DNA of 64,000 nt from an uncultured archaeon (GCA_964342815.1 CAYFHS010000017.1:13302-77301), one strand, 5' to 3'; positions 44,794 to 55,487 are shown, counted from the stretch's first letter. The notes: generated by a model not told the origin, from the sequence alone. Numbers and translations are program-made.

Positions 44794-46323
44794 TTGTCGA
44801 ACATATTCTTTTTTTACGACTTGGGGGATTTTCGGTTGGAGAAGAGAGCGGCTGAACTTGCAAGAATTATAGATAAAAAGGATTTCGTAAAGATCGTGAC
44901 GCATATAGATGCTGACGGTATAACAGCGGGATCCATAGCGTCAGTGGTGCTGGAAAGGAGGGGAATTCCCCACAAAGTAGAATTCCTGAAACAACTGGAC
45001 ATTGCTGCAATAGACCGTTTAAAGAACGAAAAAAATCCTCTGGTGTGGTTCACGGACCTGGGTGCCGGAATGCTTGAGCACCTGGAGGGACTCCAGTGCA
45101 TTATTTGCGACCATCATGTTCCCTCCGCGGCTAAGCCCAGTAAACCACCGAAGCTGGAGCGTGATCAGATCACCGATATACTGGCCTTCAGCGAAGCTAT
45201 TGCGAGTAACAGCGGAGATGATGATACAGTCCAACCACTTCAGCTTAATCCACACCTTTTCGGGTGGGATGGCTCCAATGACTTGTCCGGTGCAGGTGCA
45301 GCCTACCTCGTGGGTAAGGCCTTATCGATGAAAAACCGTGACCTCGCCGCACTTGCCATAGTGGGGGCTGTTGGGGATATACAAGCGGAAAAGGAACGAA
45401 AGCTAACCGGTACAAATAGAGATATCCTTCGGGACGGGATCGAATCAGGAGTGGTGAACGCGTTGACCGACATTTACCTTTTTGGAAGGGAAACAAGGCC
45501 GGTTTACAAGTTATTACAGTATTCATCCGACATTATTCTGCCTGGTCTTAGCAACCACGAGCGGAATTGCGTAGCATTTCTCGAGAACCTCGATATAGAA
45601 CAGAAGGACGGGGAGAGATGGTTATCATGGACCGAGCTTTCACCGGAAAACAGGAGAAAGATCATTTCAGAGCTGGTAAGATTGTTGATCGAAAAGGGAT
45701 TCGGTCACAGCAGCGCGATGAAGCTTATCGGAGAGGTGTACGAACTGCCGCGGGAAAAGGAAAACACCGAACTTCGTGACGCAAAGGAATTTTCAACCCT
45801 GCTGAATTCATGCGGCAGGTACAAGAACGCATACGTGGGATACAAGGTCTGTGTCGGAGACAGGGGAGAATATCTCCAGAAGGCCCTGGGTCTCCTTAGG
45901 GGTCACAGACAGACCCTGGTAGACTGCTTGAAGACTTTAAAGGAGAACGGGCTTGTTGTAATGGAGAAACTGCAGTATTTCGACGGTGGGGATCGGATAC
46001 CCGAAAGCGTTGTTGGAATCGTGGCCAACATGGTGCTGTCACAGGATGAAGTGGATTCATCACTACCCGTCTTCGGGTTTGCAAACAGCGAGGATGACGG
46101 GATGATCAAAGTGTCCGCAAGGGGAAGCCAGACTCTGGTCTCAAATGGATTGAAACTGAACGAAGTTATGAATGCCGCTGCCAAGCAACTTGGTGGTATC
46201 GGTGGAGGACATAATATTGCTGCAGGAGCCACCATTCCGGAGAACAGAAAAGAAGAATTTTTAAGGGTGGCAGAGACGATGATTGTTAAGCAACTCCATA
46301 AAGGTGGAAAGCTGATAAAATAG
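44794..46323 (+). CDS. recJ: Archaeal RecJ-like DHH-family exonuclease (GAN/Cdc45-related)
   Basis: HIDADG, FTDLG, CDHH, VGAVGD, LLNSCGR, VSAR, GGGHNIAAGA; TTG start. Confidence 0.93.
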   Translation: MSNIFFFYDLGDFRLEKRAAELARIIDKKDFVKIVTHIDADGITAGSIASVVLERRGIPHKVEFLKQLDIAAIDRLKNEKNPLVWFTDLGAGMLEHLEGLQCIICDHHVPSAAKPSKPPKLERDQITDILAFSEAIASNSGDDDTVQPLQLNPHLFGWDGSNDLSGAGAAYLVGKALSMKNRDLAALAIVGAVGDIQAEKERKLTGTNRDILRDGIESGVVNALTDIYLFGRETRPVYKLLQYSSDIILPGLSNHERNCVAFLENLDIEQKDGERWLSWTELSPENRRKIISELVRLLIEKGFGHSSAMKLIGEVYELPREKENTELRDAKEFSTLLNSCGRYKNAYVGYKVCVGDRGEYLQKALGLLRGHRQTLVDCLKTLKENGLVVMEKLQYFDGGDRIPESVVGIVANMVLSQDEVDSSLPVFGFANSEDDGMIKVSARGSQTLVSNGLKLNEVMNAAAKQLGGIGGGHNIAAGATIPENRKEEFLRVAETMIVKQLHKGGKLIK

Positions 46324-46341
46324 TCCAAGCGGAGCGATATA

Positions 46342-47310
46342 TCATAATCTGTCATGGACGTCCAAAACGATCCTGAGCATTTTTCGATCCAGGTTGCTTC
46401 CAGAAAGTATCACAGCAGTAGGTCCCGCAGGTTTATAACTTTCCGACAGCAGTGCTGCAACGCCCGCAGCCCCCGAGGGCTCCACCACCAGTTTAAGTTC
46501 TTCATGACAGAAGCGGGTGGCGGCAAAGATCGCTTTTTCCGTTACTTTCACCGGAGCCGGCCCATCTTTTAGTATCTGAAATGCTATTGCACCGATCTTT
46601 CTGGTGTGAAGCCCCTCGGCGCAGGTGGGTTTGGGCTCGATCTCAACCAATTCTCCAGCACTATGAGCAGCCGAGAAGGAGGCGCAGTTCTCCGGCTCAA
46701 CCCCAATTACATCTACATTCGGCCTGGTATGAGCCAAACCCAGGTTTACACCCGAGATCAGACCTCCGCCGCCCACGGGAACCAGTACTGCGTGAAGGTC
46801 GGAAGGTGCGTCCTCGTTCAACTCGAGTCCCACGGTTCCTTGTCCTGCCAGAACCTGCGGGATGTTGAACGGGTGCAGAAAATAGTAACCTTCTCCAGCC
46901 AATTCCTCGGCTTTCCCCTCGCAATCATCGTAATTTTCACCGAAACGCAAAACCCTGGCGCCCGCATTCTTTATTATTTCTACTTTATTCGAAGGAGCAT
47001 CTTCGGGTACGATAATAAACGCTTTCACACCGGCCCTCTCGGCTGCCAGTGCCACCGCTATCCCGTGGTTTCCCGAGGAAGCCGTTATCACTCCCTTTAG
47101 TCTAGCCTCCTTGCTCAATAGAGAAATTGCATTGGTAGCGCCGCGGTACTTGAAAGCCCCTCCCGGCTGGAGACACTCGGGTTTGAGATAGATATCCCAA
47201 CCGGTGATCTCCGACAATATCCCCGAGTAAATAAGAGGCGTACGGAGGGCTTTTCCACGAATCCTTTTTGCCGCAGTCTGTATATCTTCCAGGGTGGGAA
47301 TTGAATTCAC
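46342..47310 (-). CDS. PLP-dependent threonine/serine dehydratase without regulatory ACT domain
   Basis: RTPL, KPECLQPGGAFKYRG (PLP lysine), ASSGNHG, PVGGGGLISG, VEPSGAAGVAAL, SGSN. Confidence 0.93.
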   Translation of the reverse strand: MNSIPTLEDIQTAAKRIRGKALRTPLIYSGILSEITGWDIYLKPECLQPGGAFKYRGATNAISLLSKEARLKGVITASSGNHGIAVALAAERAGVKAFIIVPEDAPSNKVEIIKNAGARVLRFGENYDDCEGKAEELAGEGYYFLHPFNIPQVLAGQGTVGLELNEDAPSDLHAVLVPVGGGGLISGVNLGLAHTRPNVDVIGVEPENCASFSAAHSAGELVEIEPKPTCAEGLHTRKIGAIAFQILKDGPAPVKVTEKAIFAATRFCHEELKLVVEPSGAAGVAALLSESYKPAGPTAVILSGSNLDRKMLRIVLDVHDRL

Positions 47311-47416
47311 GCACCTGCTGAATGTCGGATTTGTTAAAATAGATATTCATATATTACGTGGAAAGATTAAAAAGAGTTTCCGTTATTACCTCCTTGAATT
47401 TTAATGGTGGTTTCAG

Positions 47417-48388
47417 ATGGGATTGTTCGGAAAAGGAAAGGAGAAACGGGTCAATCTCGATTTCAGGGCAGTCAATCGGATGGAAAGAGAAAAATTTTTT
47501 CATCTTTTACGGCAGCAGGGTTGGTCCGAAATGGAAAACTCATTCGAATTCGACAAGAACTGGGAAGTGGAAAGGATAAGAAGAGCTGCAAAGGCCTATG
47601 CACAAAAACTGGGAGCAGAGCTGTTGGTGGAGATCGAAGATCCGGCATTTTCCTCGAATCCCTACAACGATCTCGTCTATTATGTTTTCAAAAAAGGGGC
47701 ACAAGCGAATACAACCACTCCTGCAAATCAACGCCAGCAGCTAAACCAGTCTTGGTACAGACATCAGCAGCCACCACAGCAAGCCCAGGCCCAGAATCCA
47801 AGCTACCCGACTTACCCTCAGAGAAATCCAGCCAACAACTGGAACTCGCAGAATTATCCCCAGACATCCAGCTATGATCCACGCTCCCAGATGTCAAGCC
47901 CCCGGAACACAGGGCCGCAGATAGATCCTTCCGCCGCATCCTTTCTTCCACCTGCGAACGCAAAACCCACGGAATTGTATCTGAGATCCACCTATCCCAG
48001 TTACTCCGAAATCTTTGTGGACTGCATGTCCAACATATCTAAGATGCTTTGTATGAAGCCCTGCCCCCTGCCCTTTGTCGACAACAAGGAATACATAGGT
48101 AAGAACGTGGTGCTGGCCAGAGGCGGATACAACCACATTGGGTCCCGAATGATGGACATCGTTCTTGTCAACCCCGAGACCGACGTGTATAATATGTACG
48201 GCGATGAAGGGCACGACCCCAGTTTAAGAAGAGTACAATACATGAGGGACCACCTGGCGATAATCAAGACCGAAGGCCTGCCCAGGTTCGATACCCTACC
48301 GGATTACGATAAGTTGGAAGAGACCCAGAAAAGTGATATCGCAAAATCCCTCTATACATACCTGGAACGATATCTTCCAAAAATATAA
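47417..48388 (+). CDS. Hypothetical two-domain protein with a Pro/Gln/Asn-rich linker
   Basis: 323-aa ORF; N-terminal AKAYAQKLGAELLVEI recalls YbjQ-like heavy-metal-binding folds (weak). Confidence 0.7.
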   Translation: MGLFGKGKEKRVNLDFRAVNRMEREKFFHLLRQQGWSEMENSFEFDKNWEVERIRRAAKAYAQKLGAELLVEIEDPAFSSNPYNDLVYYVFKKGAQANTTTPANQRQQLNQSWYRHQQPPQQAQAQNPSYPTYPQRNPANNWNSQNYPQTSSYDPRSQMSSPRNTGPQIDPSAASFLPPANAKPTELYLRSTYPSYSEIFVDCMSNISKMLCMKPCPLPFVDNKEYIGKNVVLARGGYNHIGSRMMDIVLVNPETDVYNMYGDEGHDPSLRRVQYMRDHLAIIKTEGLPRFDTLPDYDKLEETQKSDIAKSLYTYLERYLPKI

Positions 48389-48401
48389 TTATTCTAATAA
48401 T

Positions 48402-51389
48402 CTAAATCTTTCTCTTGAGCAAAGAGGCCTCATTTATGACATCTATGAGGTCCTTTATTAGTACGTTCTGTTCGTCCAACTTGTTCTCGATTCGGTTTTC
48501 CAGCTCAGCCATTTCTTTCTGGCTTGCCGTACCATCGCTGATTATGCTTCTTTTCCGCCATCTTCTTTCCAAGAGAAACAGTATTACCGAGAATACAAGG
48601 AAAACTCCGGTTATTATCATTATTAAAAATAGGTTGTCCCATAACCTTACCAGCTCTCCTTCGGTAACCGTGGTTTCCATGACAGAGTTGTCCATGGTAT
48701 CTTTCAGGGCCCCACCGACAATCCTCGGATTCGTCCCATTGTAATATTCATGAAGATTGGTAACACCGTCTCGATTGGCATCTTTCTGTGCGTCGTTGGA
48801 ATTGTATGGATCCAGGGAATAGCGGTTTTCCCACCAATCAGGCATTCCGTCGTAATCCGAATCTACGAAGACAAGGTCATAAGTGGAAGTTATGGGATTT
48901 GAATTTCTTAAATACTCTTCAAGGTTCGTTCTACCGTTATTGTTCCAGTCCTCGTTGGCATCCCCCGGTGCGGCGGGGTCCAATCCGTATCTCTTTTCCC
49001 ACCAATCGGGAATCCCATCGCTGTCCGTATCGACGTTTTCCCCAAATTCCCTTGGTTCAACCACCATGAGACTAACTTGAATGCTCGCGGTTTTCCAATC
49101 AAGGTCCATTGCGGTTATGGTGAGATTATAGGAGCCGGGCATTATCTCCGGGCCAACCGTCAGATCGATGGCAGCCTGACCTTTATGTAATAACATTCCT
49201 TTTGGTACTGCAATACCCAGATCCGTAAGGTCGATCTTAATCCAGTTAATATTATCCTCCTTATCATAATAATCCACGGTTATCCTGACCAGATCAAATC
49301 CATCATTCATTACGCTGGAGGAAACCGCAGCATCGGTTAACTCAGGCGGGGAGCCAACGCTTACCACATCCAAATACACGCTTACGATACTGGAAGCACC
49401 GGCACTGTCCACCGCCGTAATGTCCAATATTAACGTGGTATATGAATAGTTTTTCCAGACTGTAATCTCCAATGAATAAACGTAATCACCCGCCAATTCG
49501 TCTCCATGACTTCCATCATCATAGAGCGGTTCCGCACTCTCGCCACCGATTTGGCTTAGGTCTACAAGAACATTGTCAAGATTATCCTCCCGATCTATCA
49601 CCTCTACTGAGATGAGTGTCATATCTTCCCCGTCGTTTTTTACACTTTCAACCGCCAGGGGAGTAATCTCGGGAGCCTTGTTCCAGTCAAGAATCATAAG
49701 TGAGATAAATGCGCTGATTTCGTTGTTCCCGTTGTCTCTGATCCTGATCTCAAGGAGTTTTGCTCCTCCGGTACTGTTCAACGAAGCAGTTACCTCAAGT
49801 GAGAAAGTTCCATCGTCGGGATGAGTATCGCCGTGGGTTCCATCATCGTACATCAGGGCCTCTGGGATTCCCCCTAAAGGCGTTAGATCCACTGTTACTT
49901 CTCCCAGGCCGTTGTCATCTTCCACCTTCACGGAAAGAAGTGAAAACTCCGTTCCATCATTCTTTATAACCACGGGAGAAGAGGACATCTCCGTTGCCAT
50001 GGGAGGGAGATCCCTGAAATCACTTACTCTCATCTCCACTATACCCCCTACCTCATTACCGGACCAGTCTCGAACCGTCACAGGGAGATAATAGCTCAGA
50101 GGAGTGGTTGTTGTGGATATACCTGTCAATGTAAAGATACCGTCGTGCTTGAGGACATCACCATTGGCACCATCGTCATACATCTCTATATGATCGCCCA
50201 TACCAAGGGATGAGAGGTCGATGAAAACGTCCTTTATATCCAACAATCCATCTTTGTCAGATACCTCCACAGTGGCGTTCCCTTGGTGGACTCCATCATT
50301 TATTAACTGATCGGAATGGACAGCTTCGATCACCGGCAGCTCTGAGCTATAACTGTAATCGGTCAGTACCTCGGTGGACTGGATCGTGTATTCATTAGTA
50401 CCCGACCATCCTGACCACAGATTATTTATTACCTGTTTCGTATAGAAACCGGTTTCAGCTGAAAAATATGTTACCACGGTTCCTCCCGACGGGGGACTGA
50501 TCGAATCTCCATCGGAATGGTATCCCCCAATATCAGTCCCACTGACCTTCCAACAATCGAAAGAACTCCCTGCTAAATGATAAGAAGCACCAGATTCATA
50601 AGTCCCGGAGGGTATCGTCACAGACTGGGTCGAATCACTTATCCTACGCTGCATATCTATGTGATGTGACTCGTCCACGGCCTCATCGCCGTTGGTCTGC
50701 CCTTCAATATTTTTTACACCGGTTACACGAACATCGTTCAAGTAGGTATTCATAACACCGGGAATCATTGGAAAACCGAAGGTGAGTTCGGGTTCATCGT
50801 ATTCCATGTACAGGTCCTGATACTGATGGATCGTACCCAGAACGGTATTTGTCTCAGCATCGCCATCTGCTGTATAATGTATCTTTACGAAGGCCATATC
50901 CGAGGTTCTTACCCATATCTCTCCGGTGATCTCTGCTGTCAGTTCGAAATGGTAATTTACCTTTATACCCCCAAGTGACTGGACTCCGTCACCGGAAGCT
51001 TTTACTAATCCAGTGAGAACGAGTTTGTAGCATTGAAAGGTCCCGGCTGAAGTGGTTACCGGTTCGATCCCGACCATCCTAAAGGTCTTTTCATCATGGA
51101 TGGTAACTGTGGATCTCTGATCATCTGATTCGTCCATCATGATATCCGAGCCATCCCGTACGAGTACCCAGTAATCACCGGATTCCCACGTGGGTGCATG
51201 AAAAGAAAGTGGTTCCGAACGTGTGATCGTATCTATTAGAGGTTTATCTTTGACATCAGCCCCTTTGACCTTGACCGGTTTTTCAATTTGCTGTTCGGCA
51301 GGTTCATTAACTGACCTTACAATAAACATCGAAAAGAAAAGGACGCATATGATAAGAACTCCCGCAAGGGCTCTTTTAGATGAAAACAT
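48402..51389 (-). CDS. Surface protein with choice-of-anchor X-like repeats, Ca-binding DxDxDG repeats, C-terminal TM and coiled-coil tail
   Basis: Three (M/L)YDDG..GD....D..(F/Y) units; DTDSDGIPDWWEKRYGLDP and DSDYDGMPDWWENRYSLDP; TM LFLIMIITGVFLVFSVILFLL. Confidence 0.88.
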   Translation of the reverse strand: MFSSKRALAGVLIICVLFFSMFIVRSVNEPAEQQIEKPVKVKGADVKDKPLIDTITRSEPLSFHAPTWESGDYWVLVRDGSDIMMDESDDQRSTVTIHDEKTFRMVGIEPVTTSAGTFQCYKLVLTGLVKASGDGVQSLGGIKVNYHFELTAEITGEIWVRTSDMAFVKIHYTADGDAETNTVLGTIHQYQDLYMEYDEPELTFGFPMIPGVMNTYLNDVRVTGVKNIEGQTNGDEAVDESHHIDMQRRISDSTQSVTIPSGTYESGASYHLAGSSFDCWKVSGTDIGGYHSDGDSISPPSGGTVVTYFSAETGFYTKQVINNLWSGWSGTNEYTIQSTEVLTDYSYSSELPVIEAVHSDQLINDGVHQGNATVEVSDKDGLLDIKDVFIDLSSLGMGDHIEMYDDGANGDVLKHDGIFTLTGISTTTTPLSYYLPVTVRDWSGNEVGGIVEMRVSDFRDLPPMATEMSSSPVVIKNDGTEFSLLSVKVEDDNGLGEVTVDLTPLGGIPEALMYDDGTHGDTHPDDGTFSLEVTASLNSTGGAKLLEIRIRDNGNNEISAFISLMILDWNKAPEITPLAVESVKNDGEDMTLISVEVIDREDNLDNVLVDLSQIGGESAEPLYDDGSHGDELAGDYVYSLEITVWKNYSYTTLILDITAVDSAGASSIVSVYLDVVSVGSPPELTDAAVSSSVMNDGFDLVRITVDYYDKEDNINWIKIDLTDLGIAVPKGMLLHKGQAAIDLTVGPEIMPGSYNLTITAMDLDWKTASIQVSLMVVEPREFGENVDTDSDGIPDWWEKRYGLDPAAPGDANEDWNNNGRTNLEEYLRNSNPITSTYDLVFVDSDYDGMPDWWENRYSLDPYNSNDAQKDANRDGVTNLHEYYNGTNPRIVGGALKDTMDNSVMETTVTEGELVRLWDNLFLIMIITGVFLVFSVILFLLERRWRKRSIISDGTASQKEMAELENRIENKLDEQNVLIKDLIDVINEASLLKRKI

Positions 51390-51709
51390 ATTAAAACCTG
51401 AAGAATTAACTTTATTGTGAGCTATAATATTATAATACCATTATCCACCATATTATCATCACTAACTTATATAACAATTTAGTTATTTTTCATACGATGG
51501 TATTTATTTTTCTTGATAAGTTTATTATGGCTTGACCGCTTATTCAGTTCGCCTATACGACACCTTTGAAATATTATTACCCAATACATTCGATCCAACG
51601 TTATTTAACGATTCAAAATCTTCACTAATTTAATATAATTTAAAAGCATAACGAATAAAAACTTATCATATATACATAAAATCAACGTAATATTTGGAGG
51701 ATTGTAAAA

Positions 51710-52078
51710 ATGAAGATGCTCGTACCGACAGCAGGGCCCAAACCAGCCAAAGAGAACGCCGCATATATACTTGATATGGCTAACAAACTGGGAGCTGAAG
51801 TGGCCGTGCTCCACATTCTGGATGTGGGCGAATTCGATGAGGGGAGGACCGCTCTGGATATATTCGAAGAAAGCTCAAAGGATTACGCAGTCAAGGTTGA
51901 AACTTACTTGAAGGAAGGAAAGATCGTACCTACCATCTGCGAATTCGCAAAGGATATCAACGCCGACCTCATCGTCATGGGAGCCAGTAAAGGCCAGATC
52001 GTGGCAGATTGGATTGTCACCGGTGTCCTCAAGGACACGCAGAAACCTGTTGTGATCATCCCCTGGGCCTACGTGTAA
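51710..52078 (+). CDS. Universal stress protein (UspA family)
   Basis: KMLVPT, VLHI, G.I..TICEFA....ADLIVMGA, VLKDTQKPVVII. Confidence 0.9.
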   Translation: MKMLVPTAGPKPAKENAAYILDMANKLGAEVAVLHILDVGEFDEGRTALDIFEESSKDYAVKVETYLKEGKIVPTICEFAKDINADLIVMGASKGQIVADWIVTGVLKDTQKPVVIIPWAYV

Positions 52079-52272
52079 AGCCGTCCCATTCTGGTTCAAC
52101 TTTACCAAGAAGTCAGTCCAAATGTTCCTGACTTTACGTGTAAAGCCGTCCCATTCTGGTTCAACTTTACCAAGAAGTCAGTCCAAATGTTCCTGACTTT
52201 ACGTGTAAAGCCGACCCATTCTGGCTCAATTTTACCAAGAAGACGGTCACTTTGTTCCCGTCTTTACGTGTA
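52070..52272 (+). repeat. Three tandem 65-bp units (four TACGTGTA boundaries) with conserved hairpins
   Basis: TACGTGTA at 52070, 52135, 52200 and 52265. Units 1 and 2 are identical; unit 3 is diverged with compensatory stem changes. Confidence 0.92.
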
Positions 52273-52489
52273 GAATATCCCATCCCGTCACACCGATAAA
52301 TTTGATCGGTTAGTTTTATTACCCGTCTCATATTAAGTACGATTTAGGTAATTTCGTTTTTCCCCTAATTAGCGTTAGCTTTATTAGCCGAGACAAGTTT
52401 TCTCCCAAGTATACCTTTATTCTATAATATGAGCTCTAAATGAGAAAAAGGGTCCCGACCTTCGCCCTTACGCATTCCCTTACCCGGAA

Positions 52490-54865
52490 TTATTTCTCTT
52501 CAACGGTGGCATCCTTTTTTACTGAGGAACGCTTTTTTATAATTCTTCTTCGTATTAACAGGGCGAAAACTATAAAAAGCGCTGCTGCCGCCACCACAAC
52601 AATAGGCCACCAGTCCCATTCTTTTTCAATAAGATGAGGTTCGTAAACCGGAAAATCCGCTCGATCCATATCATACACGAACATCCTCGTCCTGGATGCG
52701 GTAGCGTCAGGAGTATTCGGACGGGCCATTTCATCCGCGGGATAGAAGTTTACCATAAATGGTTCGTAAGAGCTGTTAATGAGAGGGAATGGTGCAGTGT
52801 CGTTGTCGTCAGCATCCCCTGAAATGGTAAGAGAAGCATCGTATTCCACCCTTATCTCCACGTAACTCCGATCAAGGTTGAAAGCAGTAAGGGGAACTTT
52901 CAAACCACGTCCGATTATATCGATCCTCCAGAGCTTCCCAACCTTGTCCGCATCAACGTCCACGCTCAGTTCCTTCTTACCCTGCATTCCAACTCCGAAA
53001 GTCCCCACGTAATTGTTACGTCCATCGGGGCCAATGTCGATGGCATAGCTCAGATCTCCAGTCTGAAGGTCATCCAATGAAGTGACCTGATATGTCATTA
53101 CGAACCTTACGTGGGTAGTGGTCTCTGGCACGAATACATATTTACTTTGATTCTGGGTGTCGAGAAGTCCCGACTGCTGCATATCGTTCCACCGTGAATA
53201 TTCCCCTTCCCAAGAAGCGGTGAAATCAGGAGAATATTCGTCCAGATCCGAGATGAATAATACCTCATTTTCAGTGAAAACCCCATATGCATCCCTCACG
53301 GATATATGCCGGAGGGGATACCTCTCCCTCATCTTCTGTAAAGTAAGGCAGATTCCCACCGCAGTATCGCACTTTATCAGTCCATAGCCCTGAGCAAAAT
53401 CCATGGGTCTACCGTTGGTTCCGCTGACAGGCTGTTCCAGCTCGGGAACACCCTCGCCTTTGCCAAGAAATACAGTTGACAGCTCCATAATCTCCTCAAT
53501 TTCGTGTATCCTCGTTTCGGGAGCGGAAGACCAATCGATATCGGCGTATTCCTCCGTCTCGGACCAGTCCTCATGAACCTCGCTCATACCCAGCGATGGA
53601 CATGCCTGGACCATTAGTGCCGCCAGACCCGATACGTGAGGGGTTGCCATGCTCGTCCCGCTGATGGCAAGGTAATACGGATTGGGATTATCTCCTCTCA
53701 TTTTATCAAGAGCCGATATCACAGTCTTCCTTGCGTGTGACGACCATATTTTCACTCCCGGAGCACCCACATCGGGCCAGGTCTCTATGAGATCGCTCTT
53801 TCCCCGTGATGAAAACGAAGCCATTCCGCTGCCGTCGCGCTCAAGGGCTGCCACTGCAATGTTTATAGGTGTGTTCGCATAGGGTGATGTTGTTATCTCT
53901 TGGCCATCGTGGTTATTACCACCGTCGTTTCCGGCGGCAAAAACACAGACCACGTTATTTTCATCCGCCAATTTGTAGCAAACCTGGCTGATGGTGTCCT
54001 GTGGATTCCATTTTCTTCCGGAAGTACCCCAGCTGTTAGATACCACGCGGATGTTATATTGATTGTTATAGGGCCGGGAATTATCATAAACCCACTCGAG
54101 TCCTCCCAGCACATTTGTCAGGGTTATCCCTATGTCACCCACGCTCAATCCTATCAAATTTGCTCCGGGTGCCACACCCCGCCGAGCCCCTGCAGAAGCG
54201 TCACCGTTACCTGCCACGGTCCCTGCACAGTGGGTTCCGTGGCCGTAGGATGTGTCTGAATTGATCCTTTCGTACCACGGGCCGCCAGGAATATCTGATT
54301 TCAGGTTCACTATTGTCTTTTCACCATAATCGAGATCAGGATGGTCAGCATCGATACCCGTATCCAGTACAACAACGGTCACCCCGGAACCGTCAATCTG
54401 TTCATCACGGTAATAGATCCCTTCTTCCATGACCCGGGTCTCCCACACATTCGTGGCGTTAATCGTCTGAAGACTCGCTTCCATCATCAACTCCACCTGC
54501 GTGTCGTTCTCGATCCATTCCACTGATTTGAGTGATGCAAGGTTCCTTACGGCTGAGGCGGGTCCTCTGAGGGAAAGGGCAGGTACCACGTGAAAGGTTC
54601 CAGTCACCTGAAAACCAATTTTCTCGAAAAGCTTCTCATTATAAATATCGGAACCACCCTTCAGGCGGGCTAAGAGATTTACCTCGGTATCCTCATCCCA
54701 ACGGTCCAACAAGCTCTGCAAATCATTATTTATTACGGAAACCTTCAACTGAGAGCTAATTGAGTATGCAGTATCGTCCCACAATGTCTGTGATATGGCC
54801 GGGCCGCTCACGGATACGGTGAGCATTAATATCAGAATTATAAATGGTGATTTGTTTATCCGCAA
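52490..54865 (-). CDS. Membrane-anchored subtilisin-like serine protease (family S8)
   Basis: Catalytic triad VVVLDTGID, GHGTHCAGT, ISGTSMATPHV; oxyanion FAAGN; prodomain; C-terminal TM WWPIVVVAAAALFIVFALLI. Confidence 0.95.
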   Translation of the reverse strand: MRINKSPFIILILMLTVSVSGPAISQTLWDDTAYSISSQLKVSVINNDLQSLLDRWDEDTEVNLLARLKGGSDIYNEKLFEKIGFQVTGTFHVVPALSLRGPASAVRNLASLKSVEWIENDTQVELMMEASLQTINATNVWETRVMEEGIYYRDEQIDGSGVTVVVLDTGIDADHPDLDYGEKTIVNLKSDIPGGPWYERINSDTSYGHGTHCAGTVAGNGDASAGARRGVAPGANLIGLSVGDIGITLTNVLGGLEWVYDNSRPYNNQYNIRVVSNSWGTSGRKWNPQDTISQVCYKLADENNVVCVFAAGNDGGNNHDGQEITTSPYANTPINIAVAALERDGSGMASFSSRGKSDLIETWPDVGAPGVKIWSSHARKTVISALDKMRGDNPNPYYLAISGTSMATPHVSGLAALMVQACPSLGMSEVHEDWSETEEYADIDWSSAPETRIHEIEEIMELSTVFLGKGEGVPELEQPVSGTNGRPMDFAQGYGLIKCDTAVGICLTLQKMRERYPLRHISVRDAYGVFTENEVLFISDLDEYSPDFTASWEGEYSRWNDMQQSGLLDTQNQSKYVFVPETTTHVRFVMTYQVTSLDDLQTGDLSYAIDIGPDGRNNYVGTFGVGMQGKKELSVDVDADKVGKLWRIDIIGRGLKVPLTAFNLDRSYVEIRVEYDASLTISGDADDNDTAPFPLINSSYEPFMVNFYPADEMARPNTPDATASRTRMFVYDMDRADFPVYEPHLIEKEWDWWPIVVVAAAALFIVFALLIRRRIIKKRSSVKKDATVEEK

Positions 54866-54998
54866 TCTGCTACCCCCCTGATATTTGAGAGAATATCATT
54901 CTCCCTTAATTCATTTTAGGGATGATAATTCAATTTTGTACCTTGATATATTCATCTAAATGGCACTATTTCCCTTTCGCAGCTTTTCTAAATCCCGT

Positions 54999-55487
54999 TT
55001 AATTCATTTTTTTACGTATCGGACTCCAGAAACCCTCGTTGCACCCAGGACAGAATTTAGATGTCGGAGAGAGTATGTCCTCACAATAAGGACATACGAA
55101 AGGATCCGCTTCAAGCTCTTCACCGCATTTGTTGCATTTCACTTGTGATGGAAAAACTCTGTTGGAGCACGCCGGGCACCGGAACTTTCTATCCTCGAAT
55201 ACCGTGCTGCACCCCGGACAGACATTGTCGTAGATACTGACCTCGGCTCCGCATTCCGGGCAAAGATATCTTTTGGTACCGTAATCGGCATTCAACTCGA
55301 TCTCTTCCGAATAAGTTCGGGATACTCTTGCCGGTGTTCTTTTTTCAAGTATTCTCTTATTATGCCATCTATAAAAGATCAGTAATACCACTATCAAAAC
55401 GAATAAAATAATTATGATGGTTATATACCGCGTCTCCGTATCCATTTCAACAACCAAAGCATTCGGTAGTGCTAATGTAATCGCCAT
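54999..55487 (-). CDS. Single-TM protein with multiple cytoplasmic zinc ribbons (double-zinc-ribbon type)
   Basis: TM then CPEC..CPGC, CPAC..CNKC, CPYC..CPGC. Alternative start at 55445. Confidence 0.85.
   Translation of the reverse strand: MAITLALPNALVVEMDTETRYITIIIILFVLIVVLLIFYRWHNKRILEKRTPARVSRTYSEEIELNADYGTKRYLCPECGAEVSIYDNVCPGCSTVFEDRKFRCPACSNRVFPSQVKCNKCGEELEADPFVCPYCEDILSPTSKFCPGCNEGFWSPIRKKMN

Noticed and set aside
52070-52272. 65-bp periodicity as a CRISPR array
   Set aside because: The would-be spacers are identical or homologous rather than unique, and no cas gene is in the window.
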